From: Chloropicon primus
Lineage: Eukaryota
Length of the DNA stretch: 64,000 bases
Assembly: GCA_023205875.1 (NCBI GenBank)
Contig: CP060754.1
Span: forward strand, 372,001-436,000
Direction: 5' to 3'
Shown: positions 23,063-34,600 of the stretch, piece by piece
Layout of the letters: every line of letters starts with the position of its first letter
Numbering within the stretch: the first letter of the stretch is position 1
Program-made: the position numbers and the translations under genes
The notes under the pieces: generated by a model
The model's input: the letters and a program-made list of their open reading frames with translations, nothing else
Database searches by the model: none
Told to the model about the DNA's origin: nothing

Positions 23063-23460
23063 CACGAACGACGACCCAAGCTCAACCAAAAGGCCTCGTT
23101 CAGGGACAAGCTAACAACACGCCCCGCTCCAGGTCTCCAAAGATCCCGCCTTTCCTGCTCCTTGGGTCGGACCTTTGTCGCACGCTACGCGTCTCCCTCC
23201 CGCGCCTCGCCCCTCACTCCCTCCCAAAGCTGTCCCTTTTCAATCAATTCAATTCGCTTCAAAAAATAAGAGACGGGAGGGAGACGAGGACTTGAGACGA
23301 GAAAGGAGGAGGAGAAATGCCTGTACAGATTGGGTCTTGGGGAAATCTCTCCTCCTCCTCCTCGTACACAGGTTGGGCGCGAAGAAAGAGGAAGAGGAAG
23401 GGGGGAAGCACCATCACGGGTCATGGATATTAAAAAATAACGAGTGAAGAACTTTACTCT

Positions 23461-24822
23461 TTACTTGTAGAAAGAAAAGTCGAAGTCTGACTTCTTCACG
23501 TTGGCCTTGTAGCCCTTCTCCAAGTCCTTTGGCATGATCACATACCGGTTCTTCCTGACGGCATGCATTCCTGCCTCCTGGCAGATGGCGTGGATGTCAG
23601 CAGCGCTTATCTTGTCCGGCCTGGAGACGTAGTCCTCCAGGTCGACCTCATCGCTCAAGTTCATCTTCGCGGTGCACACCTGGAACACCAACCTCTTCTG
23701 CCTCCTGTCTGGCAAGGGGAACTCGATCTTGCGGTCAAGCCTTCCGGGTCTCAGGAGTGCCGGGTCCAAGGTGTCCGCGCGGTTTGTGGCCATGATCACC
23801 TTCACGTTCACGGTCTGGTCGAAACCGTCCATCTGGTTCAAGAGCTCCATCAAGATTCTCTGCACCTCCCTGTCGGCTCCAGTCTGGGCGTCAAACCTTG
23901 CGGTCGCGATGGCGTCGACCTCGTCGATGAAGATAATAGCTGGCGCGTTCTCCTTGGCTAGCCTGAACACGTCCCTGACCATCCTGGGCCCCTCGCCAAG
24001 ATACTTTTGTACAAATTCGGATCCCACAACCCTGATGAACGAAGCAGTAGTCTGGTTGGCGACTGCCTTGGCCAGCATGGTCTTCCCCGTACCGGGAGGC
24101 CCGTACAGCAGGACACCCCTTGGTGGGTCGATTCCGATCTGCCTGTACAAGTCGTGGTGGGTCAAAGGCAGCTCCACCGCTTCCCTGATCTCTTGCTTCT
24201 GTATGTCGTTACCCCCGATGTCCGCGTACGTCACGTCCGGCTTCTCCGCGTTCGAGAGCAGAGATATGGACGAGTCCGCCTCGGGCGGCAACACGTCGAC
24301 GAGAGCGTTGGAGTGGCGGTGGAGAGCCACCGAGGCCGAAGGCTTCAGCAGCTCCCTGTTGATGGTGGACAGGATGCGAACGTAGTAGTTCGACCCCGTG
24401 GTGGAGCCCACGATAGCGGTGTTCTCGTCCACCATCTCCAAAAACTGCCCGATCACGAGAGGAACGGACTGGATACGCTTCACCTCCTCTTGCGCGCGCA
24501 CCAACTCCCTGCGCAGGCACTTTGTCTCCTCCTTGATGTAGTCCTCCTATTTTCGTGCGAGAGAGGTGAGGGGGCACGCGGGGGGCATGGGCTGTCAGGG
24601 AAGCCGTCCAAGAGTGGTCGAGGGAGAGAAGCGGAAGAAAAAAAGAAAAGAGAAACGTACCTGGATCTGCAAAAACTCGAGCTTCTTCTCCAACGTCTTC
24701 AGAGTCGTGTAGAGGTCCTCCGAGTCAGAGTTCGCATCGACGCGCTCGTCGACCTCCATGTCGTTCGCGATGTCCTTGGGCCTCACGTCCGTTGGTGGAA
24801 TAGGATCAGCAGCGGAAGCCAT
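23461..24822 (-). CDS. RPT3: 26S proteasome regulatory AAA-ATPase subunit 6B (Rpt3)
   Basis: [32 protein letters not shown]-terminal FYK. Phase-0 intron 24660-24547. Confidence 0.97.
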
Positions 24823-25357
24823 GGTCGCAAACCACCGTTTGTGGTGTGTGTGATCTTTTCTCTCCGCCTACGTCTATCGACACGGAACGCCTTCTCGCGT
24901 CCCTTCTCGCAACGCGTGCTTCGCGTCAAGGCCGACCGCCTCAACCCTCGCCCTCTTCTCTCCCAAACCTCGCGGTGCACACGGCAAGAAACAAAAAACC
25001 AAAGCAAACACAAAACACACTCCCCCCTTGTCCGTTGTCTCTTCTGCTCTGCTCCTCTCCATTTGAACCCTCCAGTCCTAGGACTTTTCCGGACGCCTGG
25101 AAATGGAAATGTCGCCAGGGGAAGGGAAGGGAAGGGGAGGGGTGCCTTGCCAAGGGTGCGTTTGTCTCTCGCCCGGACGTACGTGTCGCTCGTTGTCGCA
25201 CTGATCACGGATCGTTTGTGGGGGCGCAGATCGTGTCGTTCCGGGGCGTCATTCGGTCGGAACGCGCAGGAAAGTGTTTTGTGATCGCCACCGTTTTTCG
25301 GGGGGGGGTCTGGTTTCGAGGAGGAGGAGAGGAGGACTTTGGTTTGATCGGGAGGAG

Positions 25358-26167
25358 ATGGACGAGCAGCGGAAGCTCCTCGACCAGCTCATGGGGCAGG
25401 ACAGGGACCTGCCCCTGGAGGAGAGGACCGGGAGGAAGAAGAAGTTCTCGGATCCGCAGTTTTGCAAGTACTATCTGTGCGGCGTGAGCCCCTGGGACAC
25501 ATTTAAGAACACCAGGAGCTCCAGCGACGTGTACAGGGTCCTTGGGGAGTACGACAAGACCTGCGACGACGAGTGCAAGGAGCAGTGGGAGGCCTTAACC
25601 CAGCAGGAGAAGGACGAGTATGGCTACGAGTACGACCTCATGGTCCTCCTGGAGAAGCTCGTGCAGGAGGCCAACCGGAAGATCGAGAGGGCAAAGGACA
25701 GGGTGGCGAGGGAGAACACCCCGAGGCCGTTCACCGACTCGGAGAAGAAGCAGGTGGACGTGTGGGTCGAGGAGCTGAGGGCCCTGGACGAAAAGGCGGA
25801 CAAGGCGGCCGACGAAGGGGAAGTCGACGCCTGCGAGGCCGCGGTCAAGCGGTCTGTGATGCTGAAGAAGTACAAGGAGAACATGGAGCAGGCCAAGTAC
25901 TCGGACAAGGTGACTTCGGTGTGCGAGGTGACGGGAATTTTGCTGAGTTCCAAGGACAGCGAACAGAGGAAGCTGGACCACGTGAATGGAAAACAGTACC
26001 AGGGCTGGAAATCGATCCGGGAAAAGTTAGAGGAGCTGAAGAGGAGGAATCCGCCCCCGGCCAAGGGGAGGAGGCAGGCCAACGGAAGAAGCGAGAGGAG
26101 GAGGGACGGGGAGGCGTACAGGGACAGGGACAGGAACTGGAACAGAGGCAGGGATTACCGAAGGAGA

Positions 26168-26198
<31 letters not shown>

Positions 26199-26278
26199 GC
26201 AGGGACTGGGACAGGGATCGAGGCTACCAGCGCAGGGAAAGGCGGAGAAGCAGAAGCAGGGAGAGAAGTTACCGGTAA
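25358..26278 (+). CDS. LUC7: LUC7-like U1 snRNP-associated splicing factor
   Basis: RKLLDQLMG, CKYYLCG, VCEVTG..DHVNGK, RD/RS-rich tail. Confidence 0.88.
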
Positions 26279-26349
26279 GACCTCCAGAAAGGTGGTGGCT
26301 CTCTCGAGGCCCAGCTTTTAATACAAAGTTAATTCCTTTATTCCTTATC

Positions 26350-28119
26350 TCACAATTCCTGGTTGCGAGCCTCGTCGGCGATGGCGTTGAAGAGCGTTTC
26401 CATCTCCCTCACCGCTTCTGCGACGCTCTCCTGGTCCATGCCGGACACGTGGGAGCCTTGGTCTCCGCCACCGCCGCCGCCCCCGGCCCCTTCCCGGATG
26501 CCCACAGCGGCGCCCATGCGCGAAGAAGATAGGCGCTGAACCATCACCCTCCAGTCCACTTGGGTTCGGAAGGAAAAGTCGCAAGCGTGGAAAATGCGCA
26601 GAATCATGTCCCCGTGCTTCCTCATCAGGGCCTCGATCCCCATGCGGTGCATCTCCATGATGTTGTTGCTCTGCTCGGCCATCGCCAACGCCATACGCTC
26701 GTCCTCCCTGCAGGTCGCGTCGCCGGCGCTGGGCCGGGCGACCTCGGCACCACCACTCGTCGAGGATGTCGCTGCGACCTCCATTGCGCTGCCATAGTGC
26801 TCGTAAATGTCGTTCACGTTCGCGTTCCTCAAGGCATCTCCGGCTTGAGACTCCACGGAATCTATCCGCCTATAGTACATCATCTCGTCGCCCTGCTCAA
26901 AGGCAGTGTCAACGTCTCCCTCCTTGTCGGCCACGTACTTGGCCGACCATATGTTCACCTCGTTGCTGTCTATGCTGCTCGAGGCCAGCTGCAGGCTGTG
27001 AGACTCGTGCCTCGGGGCGGCGATGTTGTGGACCACGGACCCGTGGCCGCTCAGCGCCTGGATCACTTCCCCGGTCTTCGCGTCGTAGAGCCAAATCTTG
27101 CTGTCCTCGCTTCCCGTGGCGATCGTCCTGTCCGAGCCGAAGAAGGTGCACGAGATGTTGTACGACCTGCACTTGTGGCTCTTGAACTCCGTGAGCATGC
27201 AACCGCTGTTGCTCCTGGCGGCCGAGCCCATCATCCTGGTGTCCCACAACCGGATTACGTTGTCCCTGCCCGAAGTCAGCAAGGCGCTGTCCAGCTGGCC
27301 CATCTGGACCTGGTTCAGCTTGACCTTGTGCGCGAAGAGGGTGGCGACCGCGCCCCCCGCAAAGTCCCTGCAGTCCCACATCCGAACCGTCCCGTCCCTC
27401 ATGCCGCTGACGAACAAGTTGTCGTTCGTGCGAAAGAAGTCCACAGAGTTCACGCTGTACTCGAAAGAGGTGCAGAACGACCTCATCGAACCCGGGAGCT
27501 TGTTCACCTTCTCGTCCAGGCCGAGCATGGCCTGAGTCCGGCAAGTCGTCTTCCCCGTCTCGGTGTCCCAGAGGAAGATGTTGCTCGACACGCAGCCCGA
27601 GACGAGCCTCCCGCCGTCCCCGGAGATGGCCAGCGACCGAATCCAGTCGTAGTGGTCCCTGTAGGTCGCCACGGGACGGCTGCCCTTCCACAGCCTAATC
27701 GACTTGTCGAGCGACGACGTGTAGAACGCCCTCTCCGGGCCGTCGGCGAAGGGCGTGGGCCTCGCCCACGCCAGGCCGGTCACGATCTCCGTGTGGCCCT
27801 CCACCGCGTACTTGTGCTTCCCTCGCCGCGCGTCGTACACCACGACCCGGCAGTCCGGCCCCGCCACCCCGACGAGGTCGCCCTCAGGGGTGTAACTGAG
27901 GCACGACGAGCAACCGGAGAAGATGTCGTTGTCGTCGGACGCGTCCGCGGCGTTCTCGTAGGCCAGCTTCCTCTCCAGAGCCACCGACCGAGCCAGCTCG
28001 TCGTGGCACGCCGACTCGAACCTGCCCCCGCTCGGGCACGAAGCGCGGCTCAGTTGGGCGCGGAAGATTCCCTGCGGCGACGAGGCCCCTGCCCCCCTCG
28101 GGCGGTCGTGGCGCCTCAT
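26350..28119 (-). CDS. WD40-repeat protein
   Basis: Multiple GH...WD repeats (GHTEIV, DGTVRMWD, DNVIRLWD, GSEDSKIWLYD). Confidence 0.85.
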   Translation of the reverse strand: MRRHDRPRGAGASSPQGIFRAQLSRASCPSGGRFESACHDELARSVALERKLAYENAADASDDNDIFSGCSSCLSYTPEGDLVGVAGPDCRVVVYDARRGKHKYAVEGHTEIVTGLAWARPTPFADGPERAFYTSSLDKSIRLWKGSRPVATYRDHYDWIRSLAISGDGGRLVSGCVSSNIFLWDTETGKTTCRTQAMLGLDEKVNKLPGSMRSFCTSFEYSVNSVDFFRTNDNLFVSGMRDGTVRMWDCRDFAGGAVATLFAHKVKLNQVQMGQLDSALLTSGRDNVIRLWDTRMMGSAARSNSGCMLTEFKSHKCRSYNISCTFFGSDRTIATGSEDSKIWLYDAKTGEVIQALSGHGSVVHNIAAPRHESHSLQLASSSIDSNEVNIWSAKYVADKEGDVDTAFEQGDEMMYYRRIDSVESQAGDALRNANVNDIYEHYGSAMEVAATSSTSGGAEVARPSAGDATCREDERMALAMAEQSNNIMEMHRMGIEALMRKHGDMILRIFHACDFSFRTQVDWRVMVQRLSSSRMGAAVGIREGAGGGGGGGDQGSHVSGMDQESVAEAVREMETLFNAIADEARNQEL

Positions 28120-28544
28120 GGGTCGCTTCTACGCGTGTCGGACGGCGCTCGCGACAATTATCCCGACTGACGAAACGATCCGATCGACGAGAGAGCCCCG
28201 ACCCCCACCCCCGGTACCGCGGCACACCCGATCCAAACAAAACACGGGTGGGATCGACACCGCCCGCCTCGCTTCTCTCCCGCCCACCACCGCAGCGTGT
28301 GTGGGGGTGGCACGAAAAGACGCGTTTCTTGGAAAAGGACTTTGAGAGTGCAAAAAGCACTTTGTTTCGTTTCTTGGACAGCGCTTGTAAAAAAAATATT
28401 ACCATGCATTTGGATAATTCTATTTTTAATCCAATTGCGTTACGGTTTTCCTGTCCTCCCTTTCCTCCTCTTAATTAATTACCCTGCCCTCACAAGACTG
28501 CTGCCCCTGCTCCTGCTGCTCCCCGCCCCTCCTCTCCCACTCGC

Positions 28545-30030
28545 TCACTCGCTCACTCCCGACGTGGTGGCGGTGACTTGGGAGATGGGGGAGGTGAGCC
28601 TCGACATGGGGACCGGAGGGGGGCGCCACCCCCCGTTGGTGCTGTCGCTGAACTCCACGTCGACGCCGTCGTCGTCCCCGAGGGCGGGTTTGGGCGTCGA
28701 CGAGGACGACGCCTCCCCGAAAGAACCCACGGCCCGCTTCCCCTTGTCCAAGCCGGCGCCGAAGCTCGGGGACGACACCGCGCCGAGGGAGCTGGTGCTG
28801 CCCAGGCCCAGGCCCGGACCCCCGCCGCTGCGCTGCCAGGGCTTGGGAGGGGCCTCCGCCGAGGACCGGGTCGGGTCCTGGTTCGGGACCTTCACCTTGT
28901 CGTCGATGTCCGTCCGGATCCCTGGGGGGGTCTGGTTCTTCTCCAGGAGCTCCAGGATCTCCATGTAGCTGTGGGGCCGGGGGGGGTCGTCGTCGTCGAG
29001 GCGGCCCTGCCCGGGCCCCGGGGCCGCGCCGCTCGAGGACCCGATGGCCTCCGCGCCGCCCGCGATCTGCGGGGTGATCTCCTCCGTCGCCGCCGACTGG
29101 GGGGTCTCGTACCGCGCCTGGGGCGTCTGGATGTCCGACAGGATGCTCTTGATCGCGCTGAGCTCGTCCTTCAGGGTCTCCTCGTACGCCACCTGCTTCT
29201 CCGGGCTGGCGAACTGGTTGATGGTCGTGGTGAGCGTCCGCAGCTCCTCTCTGAGCTCGCTCACCTCCTCCTGGGTCCCGCCGCCCGTCCTGTAGTCCGT
29301 CACCGAGCCCTCCAGGTCGAGGAACATGTGCTTCAAGTCGTCCACGGAGTTCTTCAGGTCCTTGGTCTCCTTCCTGAGCTCGGTGACCATGGCGTCGACG
29401 TCCTCCTCCCTCTTCGACTTGGCGAGCGCCGCGCTCGCGTCGCCGGCGCCGTCGGGCTGGAGGAACCTCGGGAGCCCGTAGCCCTCGAAGGCCTTCCTCG
29501 CCAGGTAGGCTCCGCCAGCCAGCACGCCCGCGCCGAGCACGAGCTGCGTCCACCTGACCGGCTGGGGGGCCGGTGCTGGCGCCGGCTGCTTCCGCGGCGC
29601 GGCCGCAGGAGCGGCGGGGGCCGAGGAGGCCTCCTGCGCACTCGCGCTCGCTACCCCCGCTCGCTTGAACGCCTCGTCGATCTCCTCTTTGGAGAGTCCC
29701 TTGGACTCCAGAAAGGACCGCTTGGAGGCCTCCGTCGACTCGCGAACCTTGAAGGAGGAGAGAGGAAAGGGAGGGAAACGTACGTCCTTTTTAGCGAGAG
29801 GAAGAGAAAAAAGAAACGGGGCATCGCTCCGCCGGATCGGACCTCCGGGGGCGCCCGCCAAATCCACGAAGAGAAGCGCCTCGAGACGCGGGAACCTTCG
29901 CACTCACCTTGGCGTGCGTGAGAAACGCCACTGCATTTCGAATTTGCTCCTCCGTTCCTGGGCTCTCACCCTTCGTCTCCCCCGACCCCGAGGCCCCCTC
30001 TCCACTGCCCGCCGCAGTTCCCTCTGACAT
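28545..30030 (-). CDS. PEX14: Peroxisomal membrane protein PEX14
   Basis: Pex14_N domain IRNAVAFLTHAK|VRESTEASKRSFLESKGLSKEEIDEAFKR joined across intron 29907-29748. TM segment; HSYMEILELL...PPKPW C-terminal motif. Confidence 0.92.
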
Positions 30031-30224
30031 CCCTCCCCGCGACCTCTCTCTCTCCCTCCCTCTCTGCCTCTGCCTCGGCCCTGTTCTCCGCTTCTCCTCG
30101 AGGCCCTTCCCGCGCTCTCCCTCCTGTCTCTCCCTTTATTTCGACGCCGGCTTCCGGAAAATAATCTGGCAGCAGCAAGATCTTGCTTCCGTCTTGGGAG
30201 ACAGGACACAACACACAGGAGGAT

Positions 30225-31607
30225 ATGAGGTCTTCACGGGAGTCCCCGTCCCCTGGTGGTGGAGGGAAGGACAGGAAGTATGACGCGAACGTGGTGCTGC
30301 TCTTCGTGCTGGGCCTGGCGACACTGGTGTACACCTGGAACACACACAAGAGCCTGCACGCCAGGGCGGAGGACAAGGGGCGACTGAGGCTGGACCACTT
30401 GTGCAGGGGGGAGGACGGATCCTGCGAACTGGAGCTGAACAGGGTGGAGGTCGCCAAGGTGACGAACCTGGTGGACGAGAGGCACATGAGGAAGATAAGC
30501 AGGAGGAGGTCGCTGGAGTGCTCCCTGCACGGGTTCGAGGACATCGACGGAGACTGCCAGTGTCCCGTGATGTACAAAGGCTCGGACTGCTCCAAGTCGT
30601 ACAACTTTTTGGTCCGCCTGCCTGGCGCTTGGCAGATGCAGGCGGACAAGATGTACTCGACGCGATCGTTCAGCGGCGCGTACGAGGGGAAGTTCGTGAT
30701 GAACCAGAACGGGTTTCCGCACGCCGGGGACAACAAGTATGTGTACGAGCAGGTCAGGAGGGAGAGGTACAGCTTGAACAAGGACGGCTCGGTCCAGAGG
30801 AAGAGGGAGGTGATAGGCGCCGTGGACAAACCCCTGTACGAGGTCCTGCCCGTGCAGGACCCCCTGAGGGAGAGGGTCTTCAACAGGTGCGCGGTGGTCG
30901 GCGGCTCGGGAGTGCTGTTGAACCGCCAAGGCGGGGAAATCATCGATAACTACCACATGGTCATCCGACTGAACAGGGCGCCCACCAAGGGGTTTGAGAG
31001 GCAGGTGGGGAGCAAGACCACGTTCAGGCTGGCGAATGTGCAAAACATGGACTTCCAGGAGGGCGACGAGAGCACCGTCATTGCTGGCCTGTCCAGGGAC
31101 ATGCTCAAGGACAGGAAGTGGTTCGCGAACAAGGGATTCGGGAAGAAGAACAGGCTCTTCCTCCTCGACCCGGAGTTCGAGAATTACGTGGCAAAGTCTG
31201 CGGTGGAGTTCAAGCCGAGCTTGGGGGTGACGGCCGCACTCCTCGCCATGCAAATGTGCAGGCAGGTTCACCTGTACGGATTCTTCATCTGGGAAAAATA
31301 CGGCTCCTCGCCGTACCACTACTACGACACTTGCGGGAGGGAGGAAAGCCCAGAGTTGGATGCCGCGGAGGACCTGGAGTGGAGGTTCCTCAAATCCCTT
31401 GTCGCGGGGAGGCTTGTGGGTTTCGGGGAGACTTGCGTGCTCGAATGCAGGGAATCGGACGAGGCGTGCGAGGAATGCCGGAGAGGTGATCCCACGTTTG
31501 AGGAGCTTGTTCCTGGGGACCTCATCAAACTTCGGCACAACAATCCAAGATTCCCATTGAACTGCACGGAATCTGAGGTAGACTACCAGACTCAGTCACC
31601 ATTGTAA
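30225..31607 (+). CDS. GT29 sialyltransferase-like type II Golgi protein with EGF-like stem
   Basis: N-terminal TM; CQCPVMYKGSDC; sialylmotif L (CAVVGGSG..ID..VIRLNRAP..GSKTT), motif S (PSLG..MCRQVHLYGF), motif III HYYD. Confidence 0.9.
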   Translation: MRSSRESPSPGGGGKDRKYDANVVLLFVLGLATLVYTWNTHKSLHARAEDKGRLRLDHLCRGEDGSCELELNRVEVAKVTNLVDERHMRKISRRRSLECSLHGFEDIDGDCQCPVMYKGSDCSKSYNFLVRLPGAWQMQADKMYSTRSFSGAYEGKFVMNQNGFPHAGDNKYVYEQVRRERYSLNKDGSVQRKREVIGAVDKPLYEVLPVQDPLRERVFNRCAVVGGSGVLLNRQGGEIIDNYHMVIRLNRAPTKGFERQVGSKTTFRLANVQNMDFQEGDESTVIAGLSRDMLKDRKWFANKGFGKKNRLFLLDPEFENYVAKSAVEFKPSLGVTAALLAMQMCRQVHLYGFFIWEKYGSSPYHYYDTCGREESPELDAAEDLEWRFLKSLVAGRLVGFGETCVLECRESDEACEECRRGDPTFEELVPGDLIKLRHNNPRFPLNCTESEVDYQTQSPL

Positions 31608-31671
31608 AGTAGCAGTCTTGGGGCGGGGATGTATAACAGTAAAAGTAAAAGTATGAGTACAAAGACTAGCA

Positions 31672-34600
31672 TTAGACCAGCCTTAATTTCTTTGCCTCGG
31701 ATTCTTCCCGTTGCTCTTGTTTTGCCTCAGAAAACTTGAAGCTCCTGGCCGTGCTCTTCTTTGCGTTTTTCATGAGATTAACGCCAGACGATTTGGAGAG
31801 CGCAATCAGCTTTCTCTCGCAGTCCTCGATGTTGTAGATGAGGTTAGGTATCCTCCTTGCCTCTTTCTTGAGGTTGGACAAAATCTTGTTCTTGTTCGCA
31901 TTCTCCTTTTCCTCTTCAAGCTCTTCCTCGTGAGGGACAAGCTCTTCGATGTACGAGTACACCTCGGGTGTGAGCTCATGCAAGTGGTTGTCACAGAGCT
32001 CCACGAAGGAGCTGTGCATGAACTTTCCTTTCTGAGCTGCCACTTGCTTCGCCATGTCTCCGATGGTCTTGTAAACTTTTGTGAGCAGCTTCACCGTCAA
32101 ATCCGCATTCTGATCGAGGGACAACTTTGCGCTGCAGAGCGTCGGCTGCAGCACGGAAACCATTCTCTCAGGCAAGGAGGACTGAAATCCACTCCTGGAC
32201 TTGGACATCCTTTGTACTATGTCGTCCGTGACCTCGTAGCAGTGCGAGTTTATAACGTGCTCTAAGGCAACCACCGTCTTGTCCGTGATGATGCCCCCGT
32301 ACTTCCCAGGCACTCTCTGAGTTTCGGATCCGTCTTCTTCAAAGCCGTGGCAGTAGTGCTCATTGCACCCCTCCAAGATTTCTTCGCAGATCTTCATGTC
32401 AGCAGGGGAATAGGAAAAGCACAGCGCGATCCTCAGCACAGCCCTGACGAACCCCACGTGATCCGTTTCCGACATCTGCAGTGCCTTGCGAGCAAGATCT
32501 GATGCAGGGGCTCCCAGCTCCCTTGGGTAACAGGAACAGATCCTGAACACAGCGTTGGCCATTAATTCCGCTTCCCTGAAGAACCTGGCTTCCACTAAAC
32601 CCAGCAAGAGCTTGTGGAGGTGTGCATATAGAAAGATGACTGGATGCAAATCTTCCTCCGTGCCCAACTCAATGCCTTCGAGATCACCGGGGGAGCTTTG
32701 CTGCGAGAATTCTTCAACAAACCGCTTGCTCATCATCGCTATTGACACTAGCTTTTCAATGGACGAGCAGGCCTCGTACAAGAGGACCATCTCATCTTGA
32801 CTCGATCTTGGTCTCTGAGACGACGCACCATTCCTTCGCACGTTGCATTCTGCCAAGACAAAAATTTCGCACGTGTTGAACAGAGGGATGCCTACATCAA
32901 ACCAGTCTGTGCGACCTTCGAGCTTCATGATGTCGCGAGAGATCTCTTCCTTCTGGCCGCTCCCCCCGCAAGCAAGTCTGACTTTAGCGAAGTGGGTCTC
33001 CCAGCGCCGAACTGTTTCCAGCATAGCGTTGCACTGGCGGAGAACGAAGAGTCGGAACCTGAAGTCTCTGGCAAGCTTCATCCCTGTGGATTGTGTGTAC
33101 ATCGCTGGATCATCCGGGGCGCTCTGGCTCTTGCAAGGAAATTCCCCAGTTCTCAGAACATCGAGAAAGTACGCAAGCGATGTTGCTGTCATGTGCGTCA
33201 CCTTGCTTTCCTCAAAGTCCTTGAAGAAATCAGAGACACCAGAATCGACTCTGCCTTTCATTTCCTTGGGAGAGGGTTTCGGCCTCTTCTCCATCATGGC
33301 GGACAGCCTGTGGTGCATTTCAAACAAGTGAGTCAACCCTCTCGCGTTGGAGTGCTGTGTCCCGATGTTTCTTTGCATGTTCGACGACTCCATGTCGATC
33401 ATTGCTTCCAGGCAACCCCGCAAGATGTAGCACATGTGCAGGTTCGCCTGGCCCAAGGACGATGAGACGTCCAGGTCCATCGATTTGTCGATCCCAAAGT
33501 CCTCCAGAGTAACCCTCACCATTCTCTGGTGCAGCTTATTGCAATCCTGAACCATTCTCCTGCAGACGAGACTCCTTTGAGACCCAGGCGGAATGCTCCA
33601 CTGGGATTGGGCCCCTTGGCTTTCAAGGCCATCATCCATTCCACCGAAAGCTCGTGTGAGATTCTGCACACAGGAGACAAGGCTGTGAAGGGGCTCCACC
33701 GGTCGAAACTTCGATGCGACCAGGGAGGAGCATTTCTCGATCCTCAGAGGTGGCTGCAAATCCATATCTTCCTCGTAAAATTCGTGAAAGTGAGGCAACA
33801 GCATCTCGAACGCCAGATTTGCTAGGCCGGGCTTCAATTTCGACAACTCGGTCAAGCCGTTGTAGAGCATCTTCCTCAGGGCGTACTGCTGCTTCAGACC
33901 CTTTCTCAGGAACCCCAGTAGATCGTGATAGCCTCCGCTGCCAGAAGGATTTACAACCTGACTGTGTTGTGAACAGCTCGCTTGACTTCCAGAGTCCGCC
34001 CTGAAATCGGGCAGGGCGTCGGCCAGGGTCAAGTGCATGAGGCATTTCACAGCTGTGAACCTGTGGTCATAATTCCTTGAAAACATTGCCTTTCGAAGCA
34101 CGATCACGGCATAGTTCTTCAAGTCCCTACTGCACGCCAGAAGCGGCAAAATGGAAATGAAGTAGTTCACCGCCACGCTAGGTGAAATGATGAGGAAGCA
34201 ATCGAGGCACTCTTTCACGAGGCCGGAATTTTCCGCCACAGCGGGCTTGCAGTGAATGCACAGCTTGGCCAGCAAGTGAATGTAGTAGATGGAACAGTCT
34301 GAGTTGTTCAAGATTTCCTGCTGGCACTGCTTCAGGATCTCTGTCCTCACGGCATCGTGGGCTTCAAATGTTTTGTGCAGAATGTAGACCCCGAGCAATA
34401 TCCTCTTGAGCCAGGGGTTGTTGTCCTCCTCCGCGCCCCCGCTCAAGAGGGCCGCCCGGTCCCTTGCGCTGATGGACGTGGACTTGATCAGAGTTTTTCC
34501 AAACTGGACGAGACTCTGTATGGTGACGTCCCAGTAGTGGCTCCTGGAAACCGTTTCGTCCACGAGGTCCTCGAACGAATTGTCGCACACAGCAGCCCTC

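Noticed and set aside
26116..26216. (GACAGG)n tandem array as a CRISPR or other repeat element
   Set aside because: It encodes the RD dipeptide tail of LUC7 and has no spacers.
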